The notes under the pieces: model-generated
Database searches by the model: none
The model's input: only the letters and a program-made list of their open reading frames with translations
What the model was told of the DNA's origin: nothing
Made by a program: the position numbers and the translations under genes
Assembly: GCA_036262075.1 (NCBI GenBank)
Contig: DATAJO010000003.1
Coordinates: 15,464-79,463 of the forward strand
DNA length: 64,000 nt
Direction of reading: 5' to 3'
From: Candidatus Limnocylindria bacterium
GTDB lineage: Bacteria; Chloroflexota; Limnocylindria; QHBO01
Part shown: one piece after another, positions 27,290-37,141 of the stretch
Layout: every line of letters begins with the position of its first letter
Position numbering within the stretch: the stretch's first letter is position 1

Positions 27290-28462
27290 CTAGGTGTAGA
27301 ACCCGAGGACGGTGATCGCCCAGATCCCGTAGGCGTGCACGGCGATCCCGACGAGGATCGTGGCGATCAGCACCCACGACGCCCGCTCCCGGTACGCGAG
27401 GCCGAGGAGCAGGAGCAGGAGCGGCACGGCGTCGAGGATGAACCGATAGCCGAACTGCGCGAAGCCCCACGAGCCGTGGAGGAAGTCGGGCGCCAGGACG
27501 AGCGCGACGCCGATCCAGAGCAGGCCGGCATGGCGGCCGCGCGCGAGGAAGGCGAGGAACAGGAACGGCCCGGTGAGGAGCAGCGACATGCCGCTCAGGT
27601 TCGGCCGCAGCCATGGCGGCTGCGGGACGAGGTCGGGGAGCTCGAAGAGCATGACCTCGATGTGGCGCGGGATGTACGTGATCGACAGGATCCCGTCCCG
27701 GAACCACGGCTCGTCGGTGACGAGTCCGTGCTCACCCGAGGGAATGCGGGCGTAGCCGAAGTCGAACGGCGAGCCGAAGCGCGCGACGTTGTACCAGGCC
27801 ACGGCCAGGGCGGGGAGCGCCAGCCCGGCGAGGACCGGCAGCCACGACCGATGCGGCCGCCAGCCGCCGCCGTACAGGCCGAGGAGGACCGGCAGGGCGA
27901 GGCCCATCGGCAGGCGTGAGCCGGCGGCGAGGCCGAGGAGCAGCCCGGCGGCCATCGGCCAGCGGCCGCGCACGGCGAGGTTGAGGGCGAGGAGCGTGAA
28001 CAGCACCCCGCACAGCTGGGCGTAGTGGTGCGGCCCGGCCATGCCGGCCACCCACCAGTGCGTCGTGCCGGCGAAGCCCACGACGAGCCAGCGGCGTGGC
28101 GACGGCGCGACGCCCCAGCCGGCGAGGAGCCACCAGGCCAACGCCACGTTCAGCCCGCCGACGATGCTGCCGTAGACGTTGCCGTCGAGCTCGCCGAACG
28201 GGACGAACGGCAGGAGCGTGAGCGCCGGGACCGGCGGCAGGGGCACGTACTGGCCGCCCCCGGCCCGCGGCACGAGCTCGAGCCACGGCCGGTCCTCGAC
28301 GAGATGGAGCCGGCCGTTGGCGAATGCCTCGGCCAGGGGCGGCCAGACGTCGCCGGAGGCGGACGGGCCGGTCACCCAGTACACGACGAACGCGACGAGC
28401 CCGAACAGGACCGGCTCAGCCCATTCTGAGCGGCGGCCGAGCCCGGCCAGCCGGGCGCTCAC
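27290..28462 (-). CDS. GT-C fold membrane glycosyltransferase (family 39/83-like, ArnT/PMT-type)
   Basis: About 12 TM helices. Start placed at GTG 28462; the N-terminal ~100 codons of the 27290..28771 ORF read antisense through the infC promoter/leader and are not credible. Confidence 0.65.
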   Translation of the reverse strand: MSARLAGLGRRSEWAEPVLFGLVAFVVYWVTGPSASGDVWPPLAEAFANGRLHLVEDRPWLELVPRAGGGQYVPLPPVPALTLLPFVPFGELDGNVYGSIVGGLNVALAWWLLAGWGVAPSPRRWLVVGFAGTTHWWVAGMAGPHHYAQLCGVLFTLLALNLAVRGRWPMAAGLLLGLAAGSRLPMGLALPVLLGLYGGGWRPHRSWLPVLAGLALPALAVAWYNVARFGSPFDFGYARIPSGEHGLVTDEPWFRDGILSITYIPRHIEVMLFELPDLVPQPPWLRPNLSGMSLLLTGPFLFLAFLARGRHAGLLWIGVALVLAPDFLHGSWGFAQFGYRFILDAVPLLLLLLGLAYRERASWVLIATILVGIAVHAYGIWAITVLGFYT

Positions 28463-28502
28463 GCCGGCGTCACCGGGGGCGTGGATCGCATCGGCGGAGG
28501 CG

Positions 28503-28532
28503 GATCGGCTCGTTGACCATCTGTTCGGTATC
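28503..28532 (+). promoter_or_regulatory. sigma70-type promoter TTGACC-N18-TATCAT for infC-rpmI-rplT
   Basis: TTGACC at 28503-28508, TATCAT at 28527-28532; leader hairpin GGCCACC...GGTGGCC downstream (28569-28598). Confidence 0.5.
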
Positions 28533-28619
28533 GGTGTATCATCCCGCGGCAATTCGCGAACGTTGCAGGGCCACCCGTCCGTGATCGGCCAGGTGGCCTT
28601 GTTGTTGAAGGAGCAGGCA

Positions 28620-29273
28620 CTGGCAAGGGACCTCCGCGTCAACGAAATGATTCGGATCCGCGAGGTGCGGGTCATCGATGAGGAAGGCCAGCAGCTCGGC
28701 GTGATGCCGACCTTCAAAGCCCTTGCCCTGGCAAAGGAGAAGGACCTCGATCTCGTCGAGGTGGCTCCCACGGCGGTCCCACCGGTCTGCCGAATCCTGG
28801 ACTACGGCCAGTACAAGTACGAGCTCCAGAAGCGCGAGCGCGAACAGAAGAAGAAGCAGAAGTCGCAGACCTTCAAGGAGGTCCGGCTGGGCGTCAAGGT
28901 CGACGTCCACGACCTCCAGGTCAAGGCCCGCCGCGCGGCCCAGTTCCTGGACCACGGGGATCGCGTGAAGATCACCGTCCGCTTCCGCGGACGCGAGATC
29001 AGCCATGCGAACCTGGGCCGGGACCTGCTGATGCGGACCGCGGAGCTGCTGGCTGACCACGGGACCATCGAGCGGCAGCCGCTGCTCGAGGGTCGCAGCA
29101 TGTACATCATCATGGCCCCCATCGAGAAGCGGGCCGAGAAGAAGGCCGATGCCGACGGTTCGACCGAAGGCGAAGGCGAGACCATCGGCGACGCCGTCGC
29201 CGCCCAGGCACCGGCCCCCGTGGCCGATACCGCCCGGGCGGGCGCCGAGACGCCGGCACAGCAGGGATCGTAG
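28620..29273 (+). CDS. infC: translation initiation factor IF-3 with acidic C-terminal tail
   Basis: RVNEMIRIREVRVIDEEGQQLGV matches the IF-3 N-terminus; PPVCRILDYGQYKYE; ITVRFRGREI. AAGGAG RBS 6 nt upstream of CTG 28620; non-AUG starts are typical of infC. ATG 28647 is the conservative alternative. Confidence 0.8.
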   Translation: MARDLRVNEMIRIREVRVIDEEGQQLGVMPTFKALALAKEKDLDLVEVAPTAVPPVCRILDYGQYKYELQKREREQKKKQKSQTFKEVRLGVKVDVHDLQVKARRAAQFLDHGDRVKITVRFRGREISHANLGRDLLMRTAELLADHGTIERQPLLEGRSMYIIMAPIEKRAEKKADADGSTEGEGETIGDAVAAQAPAPVADTARAGAETPAQQGS

Positions 29274-29280
29274 AGAAGCC

Positions 29281-29490
29281 ATGCCGAAGATGAAGACCCA
29301 CAAGGGGACGGCGAAGCGCTATCGGAAGACCGGCTCCGGGAAGTGGGTCCGGCCGAAGGCCTGGCGCGGCCATCACCTCGAGATCAAGTCGAGCCGCCGC
29401 ACGCGCCGCTACGCGGGCGTCGCAATCGTGTCGGACGCGCACACCGACCAGCTCGAGCGGCTCATGCCGTACGCTGGCAAGGGGAAGTAG
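29281..29490 (+). CDS. rpmI: 50S ribosomal protein L35
   Basis: MPKMKTHKGTAKRYRKTGSGK. Confidence 0.9.
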   Translation: MPKMKTHKGTAKRYRKTGSGKWVRPKAWRGHHLEIKSSRRTRRYAGVAIVSDAHTDQLERLMPYAGKGK

Positions 29491-29493
29491 CCG

Positions 29494-29853
29494 ATGGCCC
29501 GAGTCAAGCGCGGCGTCACCGCGCGCCGCCGCCACAAGCGGCTCCTCAACCTCGCCGAGGGCCGGCGCGGAACGCGTTCGACGCTCGTCCGCCCCGCCCG
29601 TGAGGCGCTCATCCACGCCCTCGTCTACGCCTATCGCGATCGGCGCGACCGGAAGCGCGACATGCGCCGCCTCTGGATCGAGCGCATCAACGCCGCCTCG
29701 CGGCAGCATGGCGTCCCGTACGGTCGCTTCATCGCCGGCCTGAAGGCCGCGGGGGTCGAGGTCGACCGGAAGATCCTGGCCGACATGGCGGTCCGCGAGC
29801 CCGCGGCGTTCGCCGCGATGGTCGAGACCGCGAAGTCCTCCTTTACCAGCTGA
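29494..29853 (+). CDS. rplT: 50S ribosomal protein L20
   Basis: [18 protein letters not shown]... Confidence 0.95.
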   Translation: MARVKRGVTARRRHKRLLNLAEGRRGTRSTLVRPAREALIHALVYAYRDRRDRKRDMRRLWIERINAASRQHGVPYGRFIAGLKAAGVEVDRKILADMAVREPAAFAAMVETAKSSFTS

Positions 29854-29873
29854 CCGGCGTCACCCGACGCCGG
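29854..29873 (+). terminator. possible hairpin terminator after rplT (CCGGCGT-cacccg-ACGCCGG), no U-tract
   Basis: 7-bp GC stem immediately 3' of the rplT stop; followed by a 76-bp gap before pheS. Confidence 0.3.
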
Positions 29874-29949
29874 TCCTCACGGCCCTGTCCCGGATTCCGG
29901 GGCGGGGTCGTTCGCTTTGACCGATGATTGAGCACGGACCCATGGACCG

Positions 29950-31032
29950 ATGAGCCAGCTGCGCACCGACCTCGAGAGCCTGCGCGCCGACGCGAGGGCG
30001 CGGCTGGATGCCGCTGCCTCGGCCGACGAGCTCGACGCGCTGCGCCACGAGCTCCTCGGACGCTCGGGCAGGCTGACCGCCCTGCTGAAGCAGCTTGGCA
30101 GCGTGCCGGCCGAGGAGCGCCCGGCCATCGGCCAGCTGGCGAACGAGGTCCGTCGCGAGCTGGAGGGCGTGCTCGAGGAGCGCCTGGCTCGGCTCCGGGA
30201 CGCCGATCTCGATGCGCGGCTCGCGGCCGAGGCGATCGACATGAGCGCGCCGGGACGCCCGATCCGCGTCGGTCACCTCCACCCGGTCCTGACGCTCATG
30301 CGCGACCTGCGCGAGCTGTTCCACGCCTACGGCTTCGAGGTCTTCGAGGGCCCGGAGGTCGAGACCGAGGAGTACAACTTCGAGCTCCTCAACATCCCGC
30401 CCGACCACCCGAGTCGCGACCTGTGGGACACGCTGTACGTCGCCGAGCCGGGGTCGGTCGAGGCCGGCGAGCCGCGTCCGGCCGAGGACGGCACGATCCT
30501 GCGCACCCACACGTCGCCGGTGCAGATCCGGGCCATGCGCGCGCTCGAGCCGCCCATCCGGGTGATCATGCCCGGTCGCTGCTTCCGCTACGAGGCCGTC
30601 GACGCCAGCCACGGCTTCGAGTTCTTCCAGGTCGAGGGCCTCGTCGTCGACCGCGACACGACGATGGCCGACCTCAAGGGCCTGCTCGAGGAGGTCGCCC
30701 GGGCGCTCTACGGCCGCGACGTGGCGACCCGCTTCCGGCCCGGCTACTACCCGTTCACCGAGCCGAGTGTCGCGTTCGACATCGGCTGCCTCGTCTGCGG
30801 TGGAGATGGCTGCCCGGCGTGCAAGCGGAGCGGCTGGATGACGATCCTCGGTGCCGGGATGGTCCATCCGCGCGTCCTCGAGGCCGGTGGCTACGACCCG
30901 GCCGTGTACCAGGGCTACGCCTTCGGCATGGGACCGGACCGGATGACGATGCTGCGCCACGGCATCGGCGACATCCGGCTCTTCTTCGGCGCCGACCTGC
31001 GCTTCATCACGCAGTTCCCGGAGGGCCGATAG
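29950..31032 (+). CDS. pheS: phenylalanine--tRNA ligase alpha subunit
   Basis: 360 aa; class II motifs (FRYEAVDASHGFEFFQVEG, GAGMVHP, GYAFGMGPDR). Confidence 0.95.
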   Translation: MSQLRTDLESLRADARARLDAAASADELDALRHELLGRSGRLTALLKQLGSVPAEERPAIGQLANEVRRELEGVLEERLARLRDADLDARLAAEAIDMSAPGRPIRVGHLHPVLTLMRDLRELFHAYGFEVFEGPEVETEEYNFELLNIPPDHPSRDLWDTLYVAEPGSVEAGEPRPAEDGTILRTHTSPVQIRAMRALEPPIRVIMPGRCFRYEAVDASHGFEFFQVEGLVVDRDTTMADLKGLLEEVARALYGRDVATRFRPGYYPFTEPSVAFDIGCLVCGGDGCPACKRSGWMTILGAGMVHPRVLEAGGYDPAVYQGYAFGMGPDRMTMLRHGIGDIRLFFGADLRFITQFPEGR

Positions 31033-33477
31033 ATGCGCGTGCCCCTCTCCTGGCTGCGCGAGTACGTCGACGTCACCCTCTCGCCGCGCGAGCTCACGGC
31101 CGAGCTGACGATGCGCGGCATGGAGGTCAGCGACGTCGAGATCGGCGGCGAGGGCTGGCAGAACGTCGTCGTCGGCCGCGTCCTCCACGTCGAGCGGCAC
31201 CCGAACGCCGACACGCTGTGGCTCACCCGCGTCGACGTCGGCCCGGCGGGCGGCGAGCTCGAGATCGTGTGCGGCGCCCAGAACCTCGAGGTCGGGCAGC
31301 TCGTCCCGGCCGCCCTGCCGGGCGCCGTCCTGCCCGGCGATCGGCGCATCGAGCGCTCGAAGATCCGCGGCGTGGTGAGCAACGGGATGCTGTGCAGCGC
31401 GGTCGAGCTGGGCCTTGGCCCCGATGCCGATGGGATCCATGTCCTCGGCCACCACGACGAGCTGCCCGTCGGGCAGCCGCTGGGCGAGGCGATCGGCGAG
31501 GTCGTGCTCGACGTCGACGTCAAGCCGAACCGCGGCGACGCGCTGTCGATGGTCGGCCTGGCCCGCGAGATCGCCGCCTTCACCGGCGCCGAGCTCCGGG
31601 TTCCCGAGCCGCAGACCGTCGAGGGCGACGTGGCCGTGGAGGACCGCGTGTCGGTGCGGATCGAGGACCCCGAGCTCTGCCCGCGCTTCACGGCGCTCTG
31701 GTTCGACGACGTCGCCAACGGCCCGTCGCCGGACTGGATGCAGCAGCGCCTCGTCGCGGCGGGCATGCGGCCGATCAGCGCGGTGGTCGACGTCACGAAC
31801 TACGTCATGCACGAGCTCGGGCAGCCGCAGCACGCGTACGACGCCGATGCGATCCCCGGCGGCGAGATCGTCGTGCGACGCGCCCGGGCGGGGGAGCGGC
31901 TCGAGACGATCGACCACGTCGACCGCGCGCTCGACGAGCGGATGCTCGTCATCGCCGATCGGGAGCGGCCGATCGGCCTGGCCGGGATCATGGGCGGCGC
32001 CTCGACCGAGGTCAGCGAGTCGACGAAGCGGGTGATCCTCGAGTCGGCCATCTTCCATGGCCCGACGATCCGCAACACGGCGCGGCGCCTCGGCCTGCGC
32101 TCCGAGGCGAGCATGCGGCACGAGAAGGGCATCGGTCCCGACCTGCCGCGCCTCGCCGCGTACCGTGCCGCCCAGCTCATCCAGCAGATCACCGGCGCAA
32201 CGCTCGCGGCCGGCATCGTCGACAACGATCCGGGGCCGCATCCGGCGCGACGGGTGAGCGTCAGCGTGTCGCGCATGGAGCGGCTGCTCGGCCTCCCGCT
32301 CGACGCGGGACGCGTGCGGCAGCTGCTCGAGCCGCTCGAGTTCGGCGTCATGGGGGACGGTGACGAGCTCGAGATCAGCGTGCCGTCGCATCGGCTCGAC
32401 GTTGCGCTCGAGGCGGACGTCGCCGAGGAGGTGGCGCGGGCCCACGGCTACGAGCGCATCGCCGGCCGCCTGCCACGGGCCGAGCTGCCGCCGTACCGCA
32501 CCGACCCGAGCGAGCCGCGCAACCGCGTGCGACGCGTCCTCGCCGGCATCGGCCTCGACGAGGTCGTGACCCACGCGCTCTTCGACCCCGACGACCTGGA
32601 TCGCACCGGGTACGACGGCAGCGCGCAGCACCTCATCCGCCTGTCGAACCCGCTGAGCGAGGCGCATTCCGTGCTGCGGCCGGTGATGGCGCCGTCGCTG
32701 CTTTCCTCGCTGGCCGAGAACGCGCGCCGCCGCCGGCCGGACGCGTGGCTGTTCGAGGTCGGCAAGGTGTACTGGATGCACGACGGGCCGCCCACGCCCC
32801 GTGAGCGCGCGTCGGAGACCGCCGGCACCGGGCGTTACGAGGCCTGGGAGCTCGGGATCGCGCTCAACGGCCGTCCGGTGCCCGTCACCGCCGGCGCCGC
32901 GGTCGAGCCGGCCGACGTCGCGACCCTGAAGGGCATCGTCGACGCGCTCCACGACGCGCTCGGCGCGCCGCGCCCGGAGTACCGCGCCGAGGAGCCCGAC
33001 ACGCGCCATCCGCACCGCCATCCGGGACGCGCCGGCGTCATCACCGATGCCCAGGGCCGCCCGTACGGGTCGCTCGGCGAGGTGCACCCGCGCGTGGCCG
33101 AGGCGTGGGGCCTGCCGGGACGCCCGGTGGACGCCACGATCGATCTTCATCGGCTCCTCGAGCTCGTGCCGCAGCGGATCGAGGCCAGGCCGATCCCATC
33201 GGCCCAGCCGGTGGATCGCGACCTCGCGGTCGTGCTCGACGAGACGACGCCGGTCGGCGAGCTGCTCCGCGTGACGCGGATGAGCGCCGGGCCGATGCTG
33301 ACCGAGCTGACGCTGTTCGACGTCTACCGCGGCGAGCAGATCGGCGAGGGAAAGGTGAGCTACGCGCTGTCGATGCGCTTCCAGCCGGACGAGGCGGGCG
33401 ACGAGAAGGCGGTCGAGAAGGCGCTGAACAAGGTTCGCGGCTCGCTGCGCCATCACCTCGGGGCCGAGATCCGGTAG
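31033..33477 (+). CDS. pheT: phenylalanine--tRNA ligase beta subunit
   Basis: 814 aa; N-terminal tRNA-binding fold (GRVLHVERHPNADTLWLTRVDVG), B3/B4, B5 and C-terminal FDX-ACB domains. Confidence 0.95.
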   Translation: MRVPLSWLREYVDVTLSPRELTAELTMRGMEVSDVEIGGEGWQNVVVGRVLHVERHPNADTLWLTRVDVGPAGGELEIVCGAQNLEVGQLVPAALPGAVLPGDRRIERSKIRGVVSNGMLCSAVELGLGPDADGIHVLGHHDELPVGQPLGEAIGEVVLDVDVKPNRGDALSMVGLAREIAAFTGAELRVPEPQTVEGDVAVEDRVSVRIEDPELCPRFTALWFDDVANGPSPDWMQQRLVAAGMRPISAVVDVTNYVMHELGQPQHAYDADAIPGGEIVVRRARAGERLETIDHVDRALDERMLVIADRERPIGLAGIMGGASTEVSESTKRVILESAIFHGPTIRNTARRLGLRSEASMRHEKGIGPDLPRLAAYRAAQLIQQITGATLAAGIVDNDPGPHPARRVSVSVSRMERLLGLPLDAGRVRQLLEPLEFGVMGDGDELEISVPSHRLDVALEADVAEEVARAHGYERIAGRLPRAELPPYRTDPSEPRNRVRRVLAGIGLDEVVTHALFDPDDLDRTGYDGSAQHLIRLSNPLSEAHSVLRPVMAPSLLSSLAENARRRRPDAWLFEVGKVYWMHDGPPTPRERASETAGTGRYEAWELGIALNGRPVPVTAGAAVEPADVATLKGIVDALHDALGAPRPEYRAEEPDTRHPHRHPGRAGVITDAQGRPYGSLGEVHPRVAEAWGLPGRPVDATIDLHRLLELVPQRIEARPIPSAQPVDRDLAVVLDETTPVGELLRVTRMSAGPMLTELTLFDVYRGEQIGEGKVSYALSMRFQPDEAGDEKAVEKALNKVRGSLRHHLGAEIR

Positions 33478-33582
33478 GACCTCCGGTTGCCTTGTCCGGC
33501 CGCGCCGGGGGCTGGTACCCTTGCGCGCGGCCCGAGCCTGGGTGACCCATGCCGGGACCGATCCTGATCGAAGGAGCGGCGT

Positions 33583-34137
33583 GTGGAAGTCCTCACCCAG
33601 CTGAGCTGGCTGGACCTCGTGATCATCCTCCTGCTGGCCGTCGGCGTCTTCGTCGGCTTCACGCAGGGCGCGATTCGCTACGCGCTGAACTGCGTGGTGG
33701 TCCTCGTCGCCTTCGTGCTGGCGGCGCAGCTGTACGGTCCGGTGCTCGGCGTCCTCGGCTTCTGGCGCGCCTTCACCCCCGCCGGCCGTGAGCTCATCAT
33801 CTTCTTCGTCCTGTTCGTCGTCTTCGTCGTCGGCGGCTGGTTCGCCGTCCGGGCGCTCTACCACCGCACCCGGCTCCCGATCCCGAAGGCGGTCGACGAG
33901 ATCGTCGGAGCGATCCTCGGGCTGCTGTGGGTATCGCTGATCCTCGTCTTCCACCTGCTCGTCCTCGACAGCTTCTTCCTCGGCGATGGACAGGCCGGTG
34001 GCTGGCTCGCCGGGTACTACGACGCGATGACCGGCTCGCTGCTCGTCGGGTACATGCGCGACGCCCTCGTCCCGACCGCCGGCTTCCTCGTCCGCCCGTT
34101 CGTTCCGAGCCACATCGCCCAGCTCCTCCAGCAATGA
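33583..34137 (+). CDS. cvpA: CvpA-family membrane protein
   Basis: GTG start 6 nt after the GAAGGAG RBS; LSWLDLVIILLLA...GF..G start typical of CvpA; 4 TM helices. Confidence 0.7.
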   Translation: MEVLTQLSWLDLVIILLLAVGVFVGFTQGAIRYALNCVVVLVAFVLAAQLYGPVLGVLGFWRAFTPAGRELIIFFVLFVVFVVGGWFAVRALYHRTRLPIPKAVDEIVGAILGLLWVSLILVFHLLVLDSFFLGDGQAGGWLAGYYDAMTGSLLVGYMRDALVPTAGFLVRPFVPSHIAQLLQQ

Positions 34138-34745
34138 GTTCGGCCGCGGCCGAGGAACCGGAGCCCCTCGAGCGCGGCTGGTTCGACCGACCGGCTCCCG
34201 AGCTGGCCCTCGCGCTCCTCGGCTCCCGGCTCGTCCACGAGAGCCCGGAGGGGACGGTCGGCGGGCGGATCGTCGAGGTCGAGGCCTATCGCGGGCCGGA
34301 GGACCTGGCCGCGCACTCGTCGCGCGGGCGCACGGAGCGCAATGCCGTGATGTTCGGCGAGCCCGGGCACCTCTACGTCTACCTCATCTACGGCCTGCAC
34401 CACTGCATGAACGTCGTCGCCGGCCCCGGCACGAAGCCGGAGGCGGTGCTCATCCGAGCCCTCGCCCTGGACGAGGGGATCGACCTGGCCCGCGCCCGTC
34501 GAGGCGAGCGGGTGCCGGACCGACGGCTCGCCTCGGGGCCGGGCAACGTCGGGTCGGCGCTCGGCGTCGACCGGTCGCTGAACGGCGTCGACCTCCTCGA
34601 GGGGCCGGTGCGGGTCGTGCCGCGCGAGACGCCCCGGCCGCGCGTGTCACGCGGCCCGCGCGTCGGCGTCGACTATGCCGGGCCATGGGCGGCACGCCCG
34701 TTGCGCTTCTGGATCACCGATGACCCGCACGTCTCGCGACGCTGA
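34134..34745 (+). CDS. mpg: DNA-3-methyladenine glycosylase (AAG/Mpg family)
   Basis: ATG overlapping the cvpA stop (ATGA). LLGSRLVH...GRIVEVEAYRG, HSSRGRTERN, LYVYLIYGLHHCMNVV motifs. Confidence 0.8.
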   Translation: MSSAAAEEPEPLERGWFDRPAPELALALLGSRLVHESPEGTVGGRIVEVEAYRGPEDLAAHSSRGRTERNAVMFGEPGHLYVYLIYGLHHCMNVVAGPGTKPEAVLIRALALDEGIDLARARRGERVPDRRLASGPGNVGSALGVDRSLNGVDLLEGPVRVVPRETPRPRVSRGPRVGVDYAGPWAARPLRFWITDDPHVSRR

Positions 34746-37137
34746 CCCTGCGCCCGGCGCCGCCGTCGACCCGGGGACGCTCCGCGCCCTCGAGTACGGC
34801 GCCATCGTCGAGCGGCTGGCCGGGCTGACCGCCTTCGAGCCGTCGCGCGAGCTCGCGCTGGCCCTCGAGCCCGTCGCCGACGCGGCGCACGTCGCCCTGC
34901 TCCAGGACCAGACCGATGAGGCGGCGCGGCTCCTCGCCGAGCAGGCACAGGCCTCGATCGGCGGCGCGCGCGACGTCCGGGCGGCCCTCGGCCGCGCCCG
35001 GCGCGGTGGCCGCCTCACGCCGGAGGAGCTGCTCGACATCGCGGCCACGCTCGAGGCGACGGCCTCGTTCGCGTCGCGCCTCGCCGGATGGCGCGACCCG
35101 CACCTCGCGGGCGTCCGGGACGAGCTCGACCCGGCGCCGGAGCTGTCCGAGCGCATCGCGCGCTCGGTCGACGATGCCGGCGAGATCCTCGACACCGCCT
35201 CGCCGGAGCTCGCCACGGTCCGGAAGCGCATGCGCACGGCCCAGGACCGCGTACGGGAGCGGCTGAACGCGATGATCCGCTCCACGGCGCTGGCCGGCGT
35301 CATCGGCGAGCCGATCGTCACCGTGCGCGCCGGCCGCTACGTCATCCCGATCCGCGCCGAGGCGAAGGGCCGGCTGAAGGGCATCGTCCACGACCAGAGC
35401 GCGTCGGGCGCCACGCTGTTCGTGGAGCCGCTCACCGTCGTCGAGCTGAACAACACCTGGACCGAGGCCGCGCTCGCCGCCGAGCGCGAGGAGGAGCGGA
35501 TCCTCGACGAGCTGTCACGCGCCGTCGAGGCGCGCGCCGAATCGCTGACCGGCAGCCTCGCGGCGCTCGCCCGAGCCGACCTGTGGATCGCCCGGGCCAG
35601 GCTGGGCGAGCAGATGGACGCCGTGCGCCCCGCCGTCGCCGCCGATGCCGTCGAGCTCCTCTCGGCGCGCCATCCGCTCCTCGGCCCGGAGGTCGTGCCG
35701 ATCGACCTGCGCCTCGGCGACCGATTCGGGTACCGGGCGCTGGTCGTCACCGGCCCGAACACCGGCGGCAAGACGGTCTCGCTCAAGACCCTCGGCCTCC
35801 TGTCGCTCATGCACCAGGCCGGGATGCGCGTCCCCGCCGCTGCCGGCGCGCGCCTGCCGGTGTTCCGCCGCGTCATGGCCGATATCGGCGACGAGCAGTC
35901 GATCGCGCAGTCGCTGTCGACCTTCTCGAGCCACCTGCGCAACGTCATCCGCTTCGTCGAGGCCGCGGGCCCCGATACCCTCGTCCTGCTCGACGAGGTG
36001 GGCGCCGGGACCGATCCGGCGGAGGGATCGGCCCTGGCCATGGCGATCCTCACCCATCTCCTGGACGCGGGCGCCCACGTGGCCGCCACGACCCACTACG
36101 CCGAGCTGAAGACGTTCGCCACCGAGCACCCGGGCGTGTCGAACGCCGCGGTCGAGTTCGACGTCACGACGCTCCGTCCGACGTACCGTCTGACGATCGG
36201 CCTGCCCGGCAAGAGCCAGGCGTTCGCCATCGCCGAGCGGCTCGGCCTGCCGGGGCCGATCCTCGAGGACGCGCGGAGCCGGATCTCGGCCGAGCACGCG
36301 ACGATGGAGGAGACGCTCGCCGCCATCGCGCGGGCCGAGGAGGAGCAGGCGAAGGCGCTCGAGGCGGCGACGAGCGAGCGCCGGGCCGCGGCCGAGGAGC
36401 GGGAGCTCGCCCGCAGCGGCGTCGCCCGCGCCCGGCGCGAGGCGGCCGAGATCCTGGCCGATGCCCGCCGTGCCGCCGATGCGCTCCTCGCCCGCGCCGA
36501 GCGCGAGGTCGCCGAGGTTCGCCGCGAGCTCACGCGACAGCGCAACCTCGCCTCCGGCGCCCGAACGCGCCCGCATGCCGATGCGCTCGAGGAGCTGGGC
36601 CGGCGCACCGCCCGCGCCCGCGAGGAGACGGCGACCTCACCGGCGGCTGAGGCCGAGCAGGAACCCGAGGCGCAGGCGCCGGTTCCCCGCGTCGGCCTGT
36701 GGGCGCGCTCCCGGACGCTCGGCTCGACCGGGCGGATCGTCGACATCAGCGGCCGCACCGGCCGCGTGACGCTCGAGACCGAGGGGGCGCGGCTCGTCGT
36801 GCCGGCCGACGACGTCGAGGTCGTCCCGGAGCCGATCCGCGGCCCGAGCCCGCGTGACCTCGAGGCCGAGGAGCTCCGCCGCCGTGCCGCGGCCCGCGTC
36901 TCGCCGACGCTCAACCTGCGCGGCGAGCGCGTGGAGGCGGCGCTCGAGCAGCTCGACGCGTACCTCGACGAGGCGCTCCTCGCGGGGCTCGACAGCGTGA
37001 CGATCGTCCACGGCTCGGGGACCGGCGCCCTGCGTCGCGCGATCCGCGAGCGGCTCGCCGAGCATCCCCGCGTGCGCTCGGTGCGCGGCGGGCGACGCGA
37101 GGAGGGCGGCGAGGGAGCGACGATCGCCGAGCTCTGA
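34720..37137 (+). CDS. mutS2: endonuclease MutS2 (MutS domains III/IV/V plus Smr)
   Basis: ATG 34720 overlaps the mpg end by 26 nt. Walker A VVTGPNTGGKTVSLKT, DEVGAGTDP, C-terminal Smr domain (TIVHGSGTGALR). Confidence 0.85.
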   Translation: MTRTSRDADPAPGAAVDPGTLRALEYGAIVERLAGLTAFEPSRELALALEPVADAAHVALLQDQTDEAARLLAEQAQASIGGARDVRAALGRARRGGRLTPEELLDIAATLEATASFASRLAGWRDPHLAGVRDELDPAPELSERIARSVDDAGEILDTASPELATVRKRMRTAQDRVRERLNAMIRSTALAGVIGEPIVTVRAGRYVIPIRAEAKGRLKGIVHDQSASGATLFVEPLTVVELNNTWTEAALAAEREEERILDELSRAVEARAESLTGSLAALARADLWIARARLGEQMDAVRPAVAADAVELLSARHPLLGPEVVPIDLRLGDRFGYRALVVTGPNTGGKTVSLKTLGLLSLMHQAGMRVPAAAGARLPVFRRVMADIGDEQSIAQSLSTFSSHLRNVIRFVEAAGPDTLVLLDEVGAGTDPAEGSALAMAILTHLLDAGAHVAATTHYAELKTFATEHPGVSNAAVEFDVTTLRPTYRLTIGLPGKSQAFAIAERLGLPGPILEDARSRISAEHATMEETLAAIARAEEEQAKALEAATSERRAAAEERELARSGVARARREAAEILADARRAADALLARAEREVAEVRRELTRQRNLASGARTRPHADALEELGRRTARAREETATSPAAEAEQEPEAQAPVPRVGLWARSRTLGSTGRIVDISGRTGRVTLETEGARLVVPADDVEVVPEPIRGPSPRDLEAEELRRRAAARVSPTLNLRGERVEAALEQLDAYLDEALLAGLDSVTIVHGSGTGALRRAIRERLAEHPRVRSVRGGRREEGGEGATIAEL

Positions 37138-37141
37138 ACCC

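Noticed and set aside
29860-34134. 1424-aa minus-strand ORF spanning pheS, pheT and cvpA
   Set aside because: Antisense to highly conserved genes; composition typical of GC-rich shadow ORFs.
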